In this document: one piece after another, positions 1-15,164 of the stretch
Position numbering within the stretch: the first letter of the stretch is position 1
Layout: each line of letters starts with the position of its first letter
Source: Octopus vulgaris
Lineage: Eukaryota
Length of the DNA stretch: 64,000 bases
Assembly (NCBI GenBank): GCA_951406725.2
Contig: OX597829.1
Span: 57,598,001 to 57,662,000 of the forward strand
Direction: 5' to 3'
Program-made: the position numbers and the translations under genes
The notes under the pieces: model-generated
Databases searched by the model: none
Seen by the model: the letters and a program-made list of their open reading frames with translations, nothing else
Told to the model about the DNA's origin: nothing

Positions 1-177
1 ACTTGGTTCGCTCTCCGAGTCTGCAAAACTCTTAAGTTTCATGGAGCTGATTCAAGCTTATCAAATTATATGCAACTTCTACTAAACGTATGGAGTACCC
101 CCCTCTCTCTCTCTCACACGCACATTTATATGAGAGAGAGGGAGAGCGAGAGAGATACACCTACATAAATGGGTCCC

Positions 178-1737
<1,560 letters not shown>

Positions 1738-2073
1738 TTGTTAAGAAACTTGCTTCCCAACCATGTGGTCTTGCTTTCTGTCCCGCTTAGGCAAGTGTCT
1801 TCTACTATAACACTAGGCCTACCAGTTCCTCGTCAGTGGATTTCATAGACAGGAACTGAAAGAAACGTGTATGTGTTTGCTACTATCACTGCTTGATAAC
1901 TATTGTTGGTTTATTTACATCCCTATATCAGTGATTTGGTCTGACAGAGACTGACAGAATAAATACTAAATTTCAAATATAAGTAGTAGGGTCAATTTGT
2001 TCAGCTGAACCCTTCAAAGTGGTGCCCCAGCATGACCAAATAAAAAATAAGATTCTTCTTCTTCTTCTTCTTC

Positions 2074-2113
<40 letters not shown>

Positions 2114-2121
2114 AGCAAGCT

Positions 2122-2540
2122 AAGGCAGTGAGGTGGCTGAATCATTCATATGCCGGGGGAAAACTACCAAGTAGTATTTTGTTTCTTTATATTCTGAGTT
2201 CAAATTCTGCTGAGCTCGACTTTTTACCTTTCATCCTTTCAGTGTCGATGAAATAAGTACAGTCATATACTTGGGGGGGGGGGGGGCGATGCAATCCACT
2301 ATCCCCCTGCCCCAAAATGTCAGGCCTTGTGCCTATAATACAAAGCTGGCAGAATTGTTAGTGTGCTGAACAAACATTGCATTCTGAGTTCAAATTCTGT
2401 TGAGCTCTACTTTGCCTTTCATACTTTCAGGGTTGATGAAATGGTTGAGCACTGAGGTTGATGTTACTGACTAGTCGCCCCTCCCCCCCGCCACACACAC
2501 ACCAAAATTTCAGGCCTTGTGCCTATAATAGAAAGGATTA
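2122..2540 (+). mobile_element. Two tandem degenerate copies of SINE family B
   Basis: Head GGCAGTGAGGTGGCTGAATC, box-B-like GAGTTCAAATTC, core CCTTTCATCCTTTCAG..GTCGATGAAATAAGTAC, tail TCAGGCCTTGTGCCTATAATAGAAAGGATTA. Preceded by (ATT)n. Confidence 0.8.
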
Positions 2541-3006
2541 CTGTTTCTGTTTGGTGACTTGAGGGTAAAACCATTAGGATGATTTGAACCTGTTCTCTGC
2601 ATGCATCTGTGGATTGGAGAACAACAGTTGGGTGAGGGTTTTGATGGTCGGGATAATCTTGTGGGGGCTTCCTTCTTCGTTGGCCCAAGCTGGAGGTTCT
2701 CCTGCATCATTCGTGTTATCACATACTTTGTAGTCGATGTATACTTTTATCCTATTTCACAGTCTCTTCCTTTTTTTGCCTCATATCTTTTATGTAAACC
2801 ACAATAAAAATTACAGACTCTCCTTCTGATCTACCCCTCACCTTTGATTCTCTGACAAATGAAAAAACAATCATTATCATTATCGTTTGTGGATACGATA
2901 AATGGAAACTGAATGAAGCCTATCACACACACACACACATAAAAAAGTGTCTCCTACTTAACCTGGGCCAACGAAAGCCTTGTGAATTGATTTGGTAGAT
3001 GGAAAC

Positions 3007-3057
<51 letters not shown>

Positions 3058-3454
3058 GTGTATATATATATATATATATATATGTGTATATATATGTATG
3101 TATGTATGTATATAGATACATGTTTGTGTTTGTCCCCATAACCACTTGACAACTGGTGTTGGTTTGTTAACATCCAAAAGTGACCAGACTTTAAAAAAAG
3201 TGCTAGGGTCAATTTACTTATCTAAACCAGTGTTTCTCAAAAACATTATTAACCAATGGACCCCTTTGATTCCCTTTTTACTCAGACTGGCCCTTGTAGC
3301 AATTTGATGTTTAAAAAATCCTAATATGTTTTCCTAATTAAATATTATTTGGAATCGTATTAAAAAATTGTAAAAAGTATTTTGCAGAAGAATAACGAAT
3401 TTATTGCACATAAATACACCTCCACCATTTTCTCTCTCTCCTCCTTTTCTCTCT

Positions 3455-3500
<46 letters not shown>

Positions 3501-3904
3501 CTGAGGGTGTCATGTAATCTCTTCTTACTGCATGCAAGACACCTATTTCAGTCCCTCACACTCTAACCTCTTCTTGTCTGGCACAAAGCCATCTTTGTCA
3601 ATGCTAGACACCCCACCTCAGTTGAGGCGGGGGCGGGGGGATGTCTTGTCTTGTAAGTTATTTGATAGCTGCACTGCTGCTTCTGGTGCAACATAAAAAG
3701 CATCCAGCCCACACTCTCAGAGTGGTTGGCATTAGGAAGAGCATCCAGCCATAGGAAACCATGCCAAATCAGACAGAAGAGATTGGTGCAGTCTCCTCAC
3801 CACCCTGACACCAGTCACCCCGCCACACACATCCAACCCATGCCAGCATGGAAAACAGACATTAAACAATAACTGTGCACACTCATACACACACACACAC
3901 ACAA

Positions 3905-3945
<41 letters not shown>

Positions 3946-5088
3946 TATATATATATACACACATATACAAAACAAAGTTATTTTATTCCACATATAGGAA
4001 TATAGGAAAACTTTTATTTTTCTTATATATATATATATACATGTGTGTGTGTGTGGTTTGACATACCCCACTCATTCTGTGTAGGCCTTCAGAACTGTAC
4101 CCAAGTGAGATTTTCTTGAGTATGCAATACATGTGACAGTGCTAAATGCACATGTATGTACACAAAAACAGTTTTAAATTAAAGTTTCGTAATCCCATAT
4201 TTGTCAACCAGTGAATAAGACTCTTTAAAATGATCTAAACCAAAATTTCATGTCCATTTGTTTCAGGCATCAACTTAATAACAACAAAGTTATTTAATTA
4301 AATTCTTCATTATTTTGAAAATTAATTGAAACAAAGGTGTAGCGTATTTCTACAGAAATACCATAACAAGGGGGTTAATAATCATCCTTTAGAGATAGAC
4401 ATGAGGTTGTGAGTTTTTAGAACAGTAACCAATGGATATTGTGTGTGAAATAGCCCGGTTAATTCAGTGTGTATCACCAAGGTGATGAAGTTAATCGGTT
4501 TAAACACTGCACATTGTACACGCTTTATTAACACCACTTGCAGTACACAATACACACACATGCACAGGCACGCACACACACACACACGTCCGTACATGTA
4601 TTGTGTACATAGCTATAAAATTATATATTTTCCTATCATCCAGTTTCACAAAACTCATTCAGTAAGGAAAGTCTGCACTCATTGATATGTGTATTACTAC
4701 ACAGCTCTTTGCTCGAGTATCTCCTACAATAGCCCTAGGTCAACCAGAGTCTTGTGGGTGGATTTGGTAGTCAGAAACTGAAAGAAGCCTGCCATATATG
4801 TGTGTATGTATTTATAAGTGTGTGTATCTATGAGTTTGTGCTTGTTCTCCATTTAATGCGTGACTATTGGTGTTAGTTGGTTTACATTCCCGTAACTTTG
4901 AGGTTTGGAGAAAGAGGCTGATAACAGAAGTATCTGGCTTAAAAACAAATATTGGAATCAATTTGTTTGACTAACCTTTCAAGGTAGGATTTCAACAAAC
5001 CCACGGTCCAATGAATGAAACAAATAAAATACAAAAGCTATGTATGTATATTATGTATGGGTGTATGTGTCTGCATATATACATACAT

Positions 5089-5140
<52 letters not shown>

Positions 5141-5174
5141 GTATTTTTCGTTTATATATATTTGTCGGTGTATC

Positions 5175-5231
5175 CCTACTGAAGATTGTAAAGTAATCTT
5201 CGTTAGAGAGCATGAAATCTTAAGATATAGG
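5175..5231 (+). ncRNA. Minimal type-I hammerhead-ribozyme-like motif (Penelope type)
   Basis: Stem I CCUA (5175-78) pairs with UAGG (5228-31). Core CUGAAGA at 5179-85, GAAA at 5214-17. Palindromic stem III AUCUUAAGAU at 5217-26. Predicted AUA cleavage after 5227. Stem II has a U-U closing mismatch. The ~250 bp island is flanked by (TA)n. Confidence 0.6.
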
Positions 5232-5391
5232 ATTATCCACAGTTTTGTAAATCTTGCTCATTACCTCGCATTCGACCTGGGGTTATAAATAGAGAACAAA
5301 TTTAGAGTGGGTTGTTGGTATTTGACATCTACTTCTAGCGTATAGGTGCTGGTATTCCAGTGCCCTTAATTATGATTATACATTTAAATAA

Positions 5392-5436
<45 letters not shown>

Positions 5437-6400
5437 GAATGCAAAGCTGAACCTGTGTGTGTGATTCATTGCTCAGTGTTACTCATTTATGATCCACATT
5501 TGTAAATCTGTCTCTTGTTCTTATCGTTGTCATTATCTTTTCTGTCTATTGATCTTTATATACAATTATCTTTGTCCATCCAACCATTTGCTAAATAGAG
5601 TCAGTACAGGTACATGGCTGCGTAGTAAGTTTGCTTCCCAACCACATTGTCCTTGGTTCAGTTCTATTGAGCAACACCTTGGGCAATTGTGCCTTCTACT
5701 ATTGGCCCAAGCCGATCAAAGCCTTGGGAATGGATTATGTAGAAGGTAACTGAAAGAAGCTCATTATATGTGTGTGTGTGTGTTGTTGTCTCCTTGCCTT
5801 GACTTCATACGACAGTTGTCAATGGACGTCAGTGTCATGCAAGCTGTGTGCCTCAGTTCCTGTCTTTTGTGAAAATATGTCTGGCCAATGGGAAATATTC
5901 ACCCCACTTGGAAACAGGTGAGGGTTGGCAACAGGGATGTGTATCTGGCCATAGTAAACCTGCTTCGACAAATTCTGTCTGATTCATGTTAAATGATGAT
6001 GAATGTGGTGGTGGTGATAATGATGATGACGATGATGATAATGGTGATGATTAAGAAACATGTGAAAAGCATTCAAAAATAACAATGGTACTGGAGCATA
6101 ACGAAGAATAATTAAAAGTAACAAGGAGTAATCCTTTCTATTATAGGCACAAAAATGTGAAACCGGAAGAAATGCTGCTAAGCATTTTGTCTGGCATGCG
6201 ACCGATTCTGCCAATTCAACACCCTCACAACAAATAATAATGACAAGAAAATCTATTGTTGAGACCCATTTCTTTACAACCAGAAAAGAAACACACACAC
6301 AAAATAAAAAAAAGAAAAAGAAAAATACACTGCTATTTTTTAAATGACATCATAGAGGTCAAATACAGTAAAATTTAACAGACTGTACACATACATGCAT

Positions 6401-6445
<45 letters not shown>

Positions 6446-7155
6446 GTGTGGAAGGATACAAAGTAAGTGTGGTATAGATACCCACAAAATAGTGCCCAGA
6501 CAGAAGAGATCTTAAAATTCAACTCCTTTATGCTCAGCTGTAAGAACAATCCTCATTGAGCTGGTATGAAAGTGGAAAGGTAGATAAACGCAATCAGGGT
6601 TAACGTGTAGATTTACATGGACTACAAAATAGAGTGTAAAATAAAGAAATCAAGAAAATGAAAGAAGTAATGTAATAATAATCTTATCTCGACACCTGTT
6701 TCAGGAGCACCATGACTTATCTCATAATCACACTCATACATAATAGATATGCTTGATGTCATAGATGTCTATCATAGCAAAAGCTCATATGGATGCATTA
6801 GGCAAAGCAAGGTCACCCTTATAAACCTCATCATTACTGACCAGAGCTGTCATTCCTATCAGAGACCCTGTCTACAATTTTACACCTGCCATTGTGAATT
6901 AATTATTTTCTATTAATTATTTTCTATTATACAGTGTCATGTAAAAATACCCATGAAGTGCCATGCAAGAGCACCCAGCACACTCTGTAAAGTGGTTGGC
7001 ATTAGGAATGGCTTTGAGTTGTAGAAACCATGCCAAATCAGACAGGAGTCTGCCGCAGCCTCCTGGCTTACCAGCTCTGGTCAAACCATCCAAATCTTTG
7101 CCAGCATGGACATCCCAGACTTTAAATGATGATGAATATAATGTTAAATATAACA

Positions 7156-7757
7156 GGCACAGGAGTGGCTGTGTGATAAGTAGCTTGCTTACAAACCACA
7201 TGGTTCCGGGTTCAGTCTCACTGCGTGGCACCTTGGGCAAGTGTCTTCTACTATAGCCTCAAGTTAACCAAAGCTTTATGGATGGATTTGGTAGATGGAA
7301 ACTGAAAGAAGCCCTTCGTATATATATGTATATGTTTGTGTCTGTGTTTGTCCCCCCAACATCTGTTTCTTTACTACCCACAAGGGGCTAAACAAACAAG
7401 GACAGACAAACGGATTAAGTTGATTACATCGACCCCAGTGCATAACTGGTACTTATTTAATCGATCCCGAAAGGATGAAAGGCAAAGTCGACCTTGGCGG
7501 AATTTGAACTCAGAACGTAACGGCAGACGAAATACTGCTAAGCATTTCACCCGGTGTGCTAACGGTTCTGCCAGCTCGCCCCCCCAACATCACTTGTCGA
7601 CCAATCTTGATGTGTTTACATCCTCAAAACTTAGCGGTTTGGCAAAAGATATCAATAGAATAAGTACTAGGCTGACAAAGAATAAGTTGATTTGTTCAAC
7701 TAAAGGTGATGCTCCAGCATGGCCACAGTCAAATGACTGAAACAAATAGAAGAATAA
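7156..7757 (+). mobile_element. SINE family A copy interrupted by a nested SINE B
   Basis: GGCACAGGAGTGGCTGTGTGATAAG head, GGTTCAGTC box B, CACCTTGGGCAAGTGTCTT CORE-like block, tail GCTCCAGCATGGCCACAGTCAAATGACTGAAACAA. Confidence 0.9.
7364..7579 (-). mobile_element. SINE family B, well-preserved copy with 12-bp target-site duplication
   Basis: Reverse complement reads GGCGAGCTGGCAGAACCGTTAGCAC...TTCTGAGTTCAAATTCCGCC...GCCTTTCATCCTTTCGGG. Flanked by CCCCCCAACATC at 7352-7363 and 7580-7591. Confidence 0.9.
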
Positions 7758-7859
7758 CTGTATGTCTATTGTCTGTACAATGGAGACTTAGTCTTCTCAG
7801 TTTAGTCAATCTGTCCAGGCCAAAGCAACCCTTCCATGCCAGCCACCCCAAATCAAGCA

Positions 7860-8200
7860 ACAAAGCATGAATATCTAGTGTGGGTTTTAGTCACATTGGT
7901 CTTTCTCGTTTGCTCACACCATGACAACACCATGATAGCAGTAATTCCCTAACTGAACAGGTTGGTCCAGGCCATTGACATTTTGTTGTCAGTTCCTCCT
8001 TTCTGCATCTGGTGATATTTACCATTGACTATAAGTTCATCTGACAAAACAGTTCACGTCCACCATATTGCATCCCATAGATGGGACCTTAACAGCTTCT
8101 ATGACTCCAATGAGTCGGATGAGACTTGGGAACAATACCTGCAAAGAGGTGGTTCCGCACTCTTCAGACCGGGGTCCCCCTACCAGGGGCAATTTAAAGT
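7860..8200 (-). repeat. Unclassified dispersed repeat; diverged homologue at ~43545-43960 (+)
   Basis: Shared blocks in the same order in both copies: CTTTAAATTGC, GGAACCACCTC, TAAATATCACCAGATG, TGTCAATG, ACCAATGTGACTAAAACC. Confidence 0.7.
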
Positions 8201-8573
8201 CACACATCACTCGTCAATATACATGCCTTTCTCCCAGTCGTAACTGTTCACTGACTACAGCCGGCTGATGTAGGTTTTATAAATAAGGTTTATAAAACCC
8301 CGATGATTCATTTTGTCTGTCAATGCTTTCAGCCTGTGATGATTCAATTGTCTGCTACTGCTAAAATACTGCTCCCAGAGTGACCTAAATCAAGCCTTTT
8401 ATTAAGGGTTTTCATTATCATTTATCTTGGTTGTGTGGCAAGAAGCTTGATTCTCAACTACTTGGTTCTGGGTTCCGTCCTACTGTGTGGCACCTTAGCT
8501 TAACCAAAGCCTTGGGAGTGGATTTGGTAGACAGTAAAAAGGGAGAAGCCCATCTTGTATATACATATATATA

Positions 8574-8626
<53 letters not shown>

Positions 8627-8684
8627 AAATATACGTATACATATATGTATATATATATATATGTATGTATAAATATATGTATAC

Positions 8685-8716
<32 letters not shown>

Positions 8717-8769
8717 ATATACACAAATATATGTATATATATGTAATTATATATGTATATATATATAAT

Positions 8770-8822
<53 letters not shown>

Positions 8823-8823
8823 A

Positions 8824-9000
8824 GTGGGAATTTATAAAAAAATCAGGTGTGTAAACAACAAACAGATGTATTATTTTAACTCTCAAGAACTGAGAAAGTC
8901 TTTTATGTTTCAAGCGAAAGCTCTTCAAGATAAAGGAACACAGAAATAAGCAGGGAGAGAAAATAGAAAAAGGTTTAGCGGCTACCGATCTATCATGGCG
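8824..9000 (-). mobile_element. Penelope-like pseudo-LTR remnant with degenerate hammerhead motif
   Basis: Reverse complement contains TTGAAGAGCTTTCGCTTGAAACATAAAAGAC and TAATACATCTGTTTGTTGTTTACACACCTG. Homologous to 15827-15998 and 20870-21050. Embedded in (TA)/(TG)n. Confidence 0.55.
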
Positions 9001-9012
9001 AATATATATGTG

Positions 9013-9050
<38 letters not shown>

Positions 9051-9470
9051 GGTGCAGGAGTGGCTGAGTGGTAAGTTGCTTGCTTACCAACCACATGATT
9101 CTAGGCACCCTGGCAAGTGTCTTCTATTATAGCCTCAGGCCAACCAAAGCCTTGTGATTAAATTTGGTAGACAGAAACTGAAAGAAGCCCATTGTATATA
9201 TATTTGTGTGTGTTTGTGTCCAGCATCACTTGACAACCGAAGCTGGTGTGTTTACGTCCCCCGTAACTTAGTGGTTTGGCAAAAGAGACTGATAGAATAT
9301 GTTTAAAAGTAATGTCTCAGCATGGCTGCAGTCAAATGACTGAAACAAGTAAAAGCATAAAAGAATATATGTGTGTGTATATATATATATATATGTGTGT
9401 ATGTGTGTGTGTGTGCATATATATATGTATGTGTATATATATATATATACACCTCACACACATACACACA

Positions 9471-9739
9471 TATGCTGGTATGTAATAATATCAAAGGATA
9501 ATCTGAAATATTAGAAATTCCCATTACCAGTGGCCTAGTGTGCAAAAGATTTAGTCAATTCACTATATATTATTCATATAAATACAGTGTACATTTAAAC
9601 ACATTAAGAGGTATCCATCATAGGACTACTGCACGCTAGAGAGGACAGTTAAATTCCAAACCACTATTTGGGATATGAAAAATAAAATCATTTACCATCT
9701 AAATTCTGGACCAATGGTTTCAGACCTTTTTTTTAGTTG

Positions 9740-9780
<41 letters not shown>

Positions 9781-9996
9781 TTTATTTTTCATATCCCAAA
9801 TAGTGGTTTGGAATTTAACTGTCCTCTCTAGCGTGCAGTAGTCCTATGATGGATACCTCTTAATGTGTTTAAATGTACACTGTATTTATATGAATAATAT
9901 ATAGTGAATTGACTAAATCTTTTGCACACTAGGCCACTGGTAATGGGATTTTCTAATATTTCAGATTATCCTTTGATATTATTACATACCAGCATA
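9471..9996. repeat. Long near-perfect inverted repeat: 221-bp arms, 84-bp spacer
   Basis: 9471-9691 is the reverse complement of 9776-9996, with one mismatch seen (GAAATTCCC vs GAAAATCCC). Confidence 0.95.
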
Positions 9997-10030
<34 letters not shown>

Positions 10031-10123
10031 CACACACACACACATACACACACATGTATAAACACATACATATATGCACACACACATAAACACACACATA
10101 CAAACACATGTATAAACACATAC

Positions 10124-10154
<31 letters not shown>

Positions 10155-10156
10155 TA

Positions 10157-10557
10157 GGCGCAGGAGTGGCTGTGTGGTAAGTAGCTTGTCTACCAACCAC
10201 ATGGTTCCGGGTTCAGTCCCACTGCATGGCATCTTGGGCAAGTGTCTTCTACTATAGCCCCGGGCCGACCAAAGCCTTGTAAGTGGATTTGGTAGACAGA
10301 AACTGAAAGAAGCCCGTCGTATATATGTATATATGCGTGTGTGTGTTTGTGTGTCTGTGTTTGTCCCCCTAGCATTGTTTGACAACCGATGCTGGTGTGT
10401 TTACGTCCCCGTCACTTAGCGGTTCGGCAAAAGAGACCGATAGAACAAGTACTGTGCTTACAAAAGAATAAGTGCTGGGGTCGAGTTGCTCGATTAAAAG
10501 GCGGTGCTCCAGCATGGCCCCAGTCAAATGACTGAAACAAGTAAAAGAGTAAAAGAG
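10157..10557 (+). mobile_element. SINE family A, best-preserved full-length copy (tRNA-like head, CORE-like block, internal microsatellite)
   Basis: Box A TGGCTGTGTGG, box B GGTTCAGTCC, CATCTTGGGCAAGTGTCTT, tail (GTAAAAGA)n. Many further copies or fragments, e.g. 1740, 5608, 9050, 10588, 14915, 15678, 33024, 35001, 37580, 45325(-), 45922, 56490(-), 57640. Confidence 0.92.
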
Positions 10558-10794
10558 TATATATATATGTATGTATATAGATATAATAGGCACAGGCATG
10601 GCTGTGTAGTAAGAAGCTTGCTTCTCAACTACAGGGATCTGGGTTCAGTCCCACTGCATGGCACCTTGGGCAAGTGTCTTGGGCCGACAAAAGCCTTGTG
10701 AGTAGATTAGTAGAAGAAAGCTGAAAGAAGCCTGTCATATATATATTAAACGTATGTATGCTCATGCCTCTGTGTGTGTGTGCTAGAAAGAGAA

Positions 10795-10842
<48 letters not shown>

Positions 10843-11600
10843 TGTGTATGTATTTCCTTGACATTCTATGATAGTTGTAAATGAGTGACACAGTCATACA
10901 TGCGACATCCCCTCCATTTCCACTATTTTGTGAGAATATGTCTGGCCATGAGGAAGCATTACTTAACTTGGAAACAGGTGAGGGTTGGCAACAGGATAGG
11001 AGTCCATCTGTATTAAAGCTGCTTCAACAAATTCTGCCTGACAGATGATGATGCTGGTGATGATGTATATACGACAGGCTGTTTTAGTTTCTGTCAGCCA
11101 AATCCACTCACGTGGCTATGGTCAGAAGAGAGTGGCCCAAGGTGCCACACAGTGGACCTGAACTTGGAACTATGTGGTTGGGAAGCAAACATCTTATCAT
11201 ACAGTCATACATGTACATATGTATTTATGTGTGTGTTTATGTATATATGTATATACGTATGTGTATATATATATAATATATATACACACACACTACTGTA
11301 TCTTCTTCATTTAACTTCTCTTTCTCTCCTCCTTTTCTCTGTCTATCGATGTAGCCATCAATTCGTCTGTCTAGCTATCTCTGTCTGTCTGTCTCTCTCT
11401 TACTCTCTCCCCCTCTCTCTCTCATTTACTACCCCCCCTCTAATATTACTATTGCTGCCAAAATTTCATTCATGTCTTTATAAGTACATCAATGCGGGCC
11501 AAGATGAAACTTATAAACAATATGTTGACAATAAACACACACACAGTTATTTATAAATACTTATGTAATACTAATATATACTGTCTATCAATATTGTTTT

Positions 11601-11660
<60 letters not shown>

Positions 11661-14263
11661 CACATACTTACTGCCTTCCTAAGTCTCTCAAAGATAAAAC
11701 TAACATGTGCTGATGTTTCGCTTTTTTTCTAATAAACAAATCCAACAAAAAGAAGAATGGTTGGTTGACATGATGGGAGATGATACCAGTAATAGAAATA
11801 AGGTGTGATTGGAATTAGGGTATGCTAAGTTCCGAGAAGCTAAGACTGGGAAGATACAAGTAGTGGTTGTGGATTAGACTCACTTAGACACTCCTCTCCG
11901 TAAGCTGAAATGCAGGCCATCACCATATGTGGAAGTTATGATTTCCTGCTATTATTTTGAACATTTTACACACACACACACTCTCACACATATATATATA
12001 TACACATATATGGTTCCTCATGGCTCTGAGTTCAATTCCACCATGTGACACCTTGGCCAAATGTCTTCTACTCTAGCCCTGGGCCTACTAAAGAACAGTC
12101 CTCTCTCTTGCACAATACAGTTTTCTCTCTTGCAAATCAGCACTTATATCTTATATGCCCAGTACTAGAAGTGGGGTACCCTTCCTTACAGTGTAAGGTC
12201 TACATCTGCAAAAAATATTATTCATGATAAAATCGGCCAAATTAATTTTACTTTCTGAATATTCCTTTCTTCTATATCAAGTGTCTTGTAAAATTTCTTC
12301 CAACCACTTAAAGGGTTTCAACTTTTCAAAAAATGTAGTTTTGATGTTGAAAATCAGATGTTTTCTTAGAAGTTTATACTAAAAAAGTTGAAAGCATTTA
12401 AAGTTAAGTAATTTTAGCTAATCATAAGTCCCGATTGCTGGACTTACTGGAAGCTGTGGCGACATTTTGTGTCACAACACTGTTTATTTCCTCACTTGAG
12501 CCAGACCCAAGTGTTTTCCACTTGTTGAGTGTTATTAACAACCTCTAAATTAAAGTCAAAAATTTAGTTTAGAAGAAAGTATAAAAAGAAAAAAAATGGT
12601 GCTGATGGTGGTGGAGAAAATTATTGGTTACCAATGATGTTATTGCATGAAGAGTAGTGTTGATGACAACAACAATGATGATGATGCTGATGGTACAAAT
12701 GGTATTGTTTTTATCACAAGGGAAGAGAAAAATCTAATATCAGTCTGTGAGCCCCATTAAGTTTATCAAGAGTTGTGAGTTGAATGGAGATTGACTTCAA
12801 TTTGAATGTTATTAGTAACAGCCGACAAGCAGAAAAAGTATTTTGAGCTTACATCAAGCGGGGAAGGTGTCCTTTTCTTGTCTTTTTTTTTTTTAGATGT
12901 AGTTTAACAAAGATTTAGCTGGTATTTCTAGCAGGTTGAGAGATCACATAAAGGTTTTATATGCGCTGTTCCCACGGCAACAAGCAGTCATGATTTTCAG
13001 TATGAGCTGCAACGGTGGCTTCTTCAATTGAATATACCTGTATCTCTTTTTATTTTTAATTTCTAGAGACAGATAAAGAAAAAAAGGGGGCAGGATGTTT
13101 GTCATCAGCATACAAAACTATGCCAGAATTACGTTTTTGAAAATTATCTGCTGAAAATTTGAAAAACTTGAAGTGATTGGAAGAAAGTTTACAAGATCTT
13201 GTGTCAACATTGAAGCATTCTTTGTCAATAAATCACTGAAAACATTCAAATTTACTTCAAATTAAGGGATCACAACTCCAGCACCACAGACGTGGTTTGA
13301 ATGTTGCAGGAATGAATCACAAGATGGATTCTTCAAGTTGAGCCAAATGCTAGGAAAACTATGGGGTAGACCAAGTGAATATAATAATCTTGTGGAAGTA
13401 TGAGGTCTCTCCATAATAAAACCATATCTACCATCATCATTTAATGTCTGTTTTCCATACTGGCATGATGTTGTGGAAGGATTCCAACCACTGCTCAAGT
13501 TACCAAACGTGGACTGCCTCATTGTTATAAAACAAAGAAATGGCAAGTCATCAGCTTCTTTGTGAGGTAGCAGTTCACTGTCAGCTTTTCGATATAGAAT
13601 GTTGAGTCTCGTGTAATAGTAGTGTGTGGTGTATATACTTTCTTGCCCCACCCACCTACTCCTGCTTCGTTATAATATATATCCAATACAAGGATATAAA
13701 ACATAGGTTTGATCGTTTGACAGGAGGTGGTAGCTAAGAGGAGAGTTGTCCAGTCTCTATGTCTGTTTCTATGGCTGGTTGCCCTTCCTAATGCCAACTA
13801 CTTTACAGAATGCACTGGGTACCCCCGATGCCGCACTCGCATCGGTGTGTTTGCATGGCACCCGTTGGTGTGCTTTTTATGTGGCACAAGCACCTGCGAG
13901 CCCCACAAGATTGGGAATGCTCAACAGCAGAGGGATGCAGGGGACAAGCCTGCATACAAGGACAACGATGACTTTAATTGGTTTTGTATGTCTGTTGTGC
14001 CTTTTATTTCTTCTTTGTTTTTAGGTATTGTGGCCATGCTGGGGCATTGTAATCAAAGGTTTTAGTTGAACAAATTGATCCTAGTACTTATTTTATTAAG
14101 CTTTGGTACTTATTCTGTTGGTCTCTTTTGCTGAACTGCTACCCCAACACTGGTTGGCAAGCAGTGGTCAGGTACAAACACATAGACATACTTGTGATTC
14201 AGTTTCTATCTACCAAACCCACTCACAAAGCTTTGTATGCATGCGTGTATGTGTGTATGAGTG

Positions 14264-14298
<35 letters not shown>

Positions 14299-14427
14299 AC
14301 AGGTATACTTGTCAATATGTCATGACTGGGAGCAATTCTGGTTGAAACTTATCTAAGTATATATATATATATATGTATATATATACATATACATAGATAC
14401 ATATATATATATATATATGTATCTCTG

Positions 14428-14470
<43 letters not shown>

Positions 14471-14535
14471 CTATGTATGTATATATCTGTATATGAGTAT
14501 GTATTTATATATATGTGTATGTGCATGTGTGTTTG

Positions 14536-14578
<43 letters not shown>

Positions 14579-15164
14579 ATGTATATCATTGTGCATATCA
14601 CACTAATGTTCTTATTGCCCACTGTATAGATGAATTTGAAACAACCAAAGCAAACATCGGTATTTCTATGGTGCTAGTTCCGGTGCTGCATTGCGATCTA
14701 CAGGAAATATCCGGACTTTTACTAACCAAAGCCATTCTTGCTATGCCTGTTAGCAGAGTATATATATATATATTTAGATATTCTATTTTCATTGAGAATG
14801 TCAAAAGCAGGCAAGTCGCATTGTCAGTCCAATAAGATGTAGAGGATAATTCACAGCAATCAAATAGGTGGTGGTTTGTTTATTGCCATCATTGGTGTAT
14901 GATATGCAAATGCACAGGTGTAGCTGTGTAGTAGGAAGTTTGCTTCCCAACCACACGGTTCTTGGTTCAGTCCCACTGTGCGACATCTTGGGCTGGTGTC
15001 TTCTACTATAGCCCCAGGCTGACCAAAGCCTTGTCAGGAGAGTTGGTAGATGGGAATTAAAAGAAGCTTGTCATATCTGTGTGTGTGTAAGACAGAGAGA
15101 GAGAGATACATATTCACACATATATGCATATATATATGTATATATGTATATACAGATATAGATA

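Noticed and set aside
2540-2810. Non-repetitive segment with short ORFs on both strands
   Set aside because: No recognisable motif or convincing splice-site pair.
14630-14757. Possible + exon [11 protein letters not shown]...PVSR
   Set aside because: Weak donor (GTATAT), no homology, and flanked by (TA)n like the TE-derived islands.
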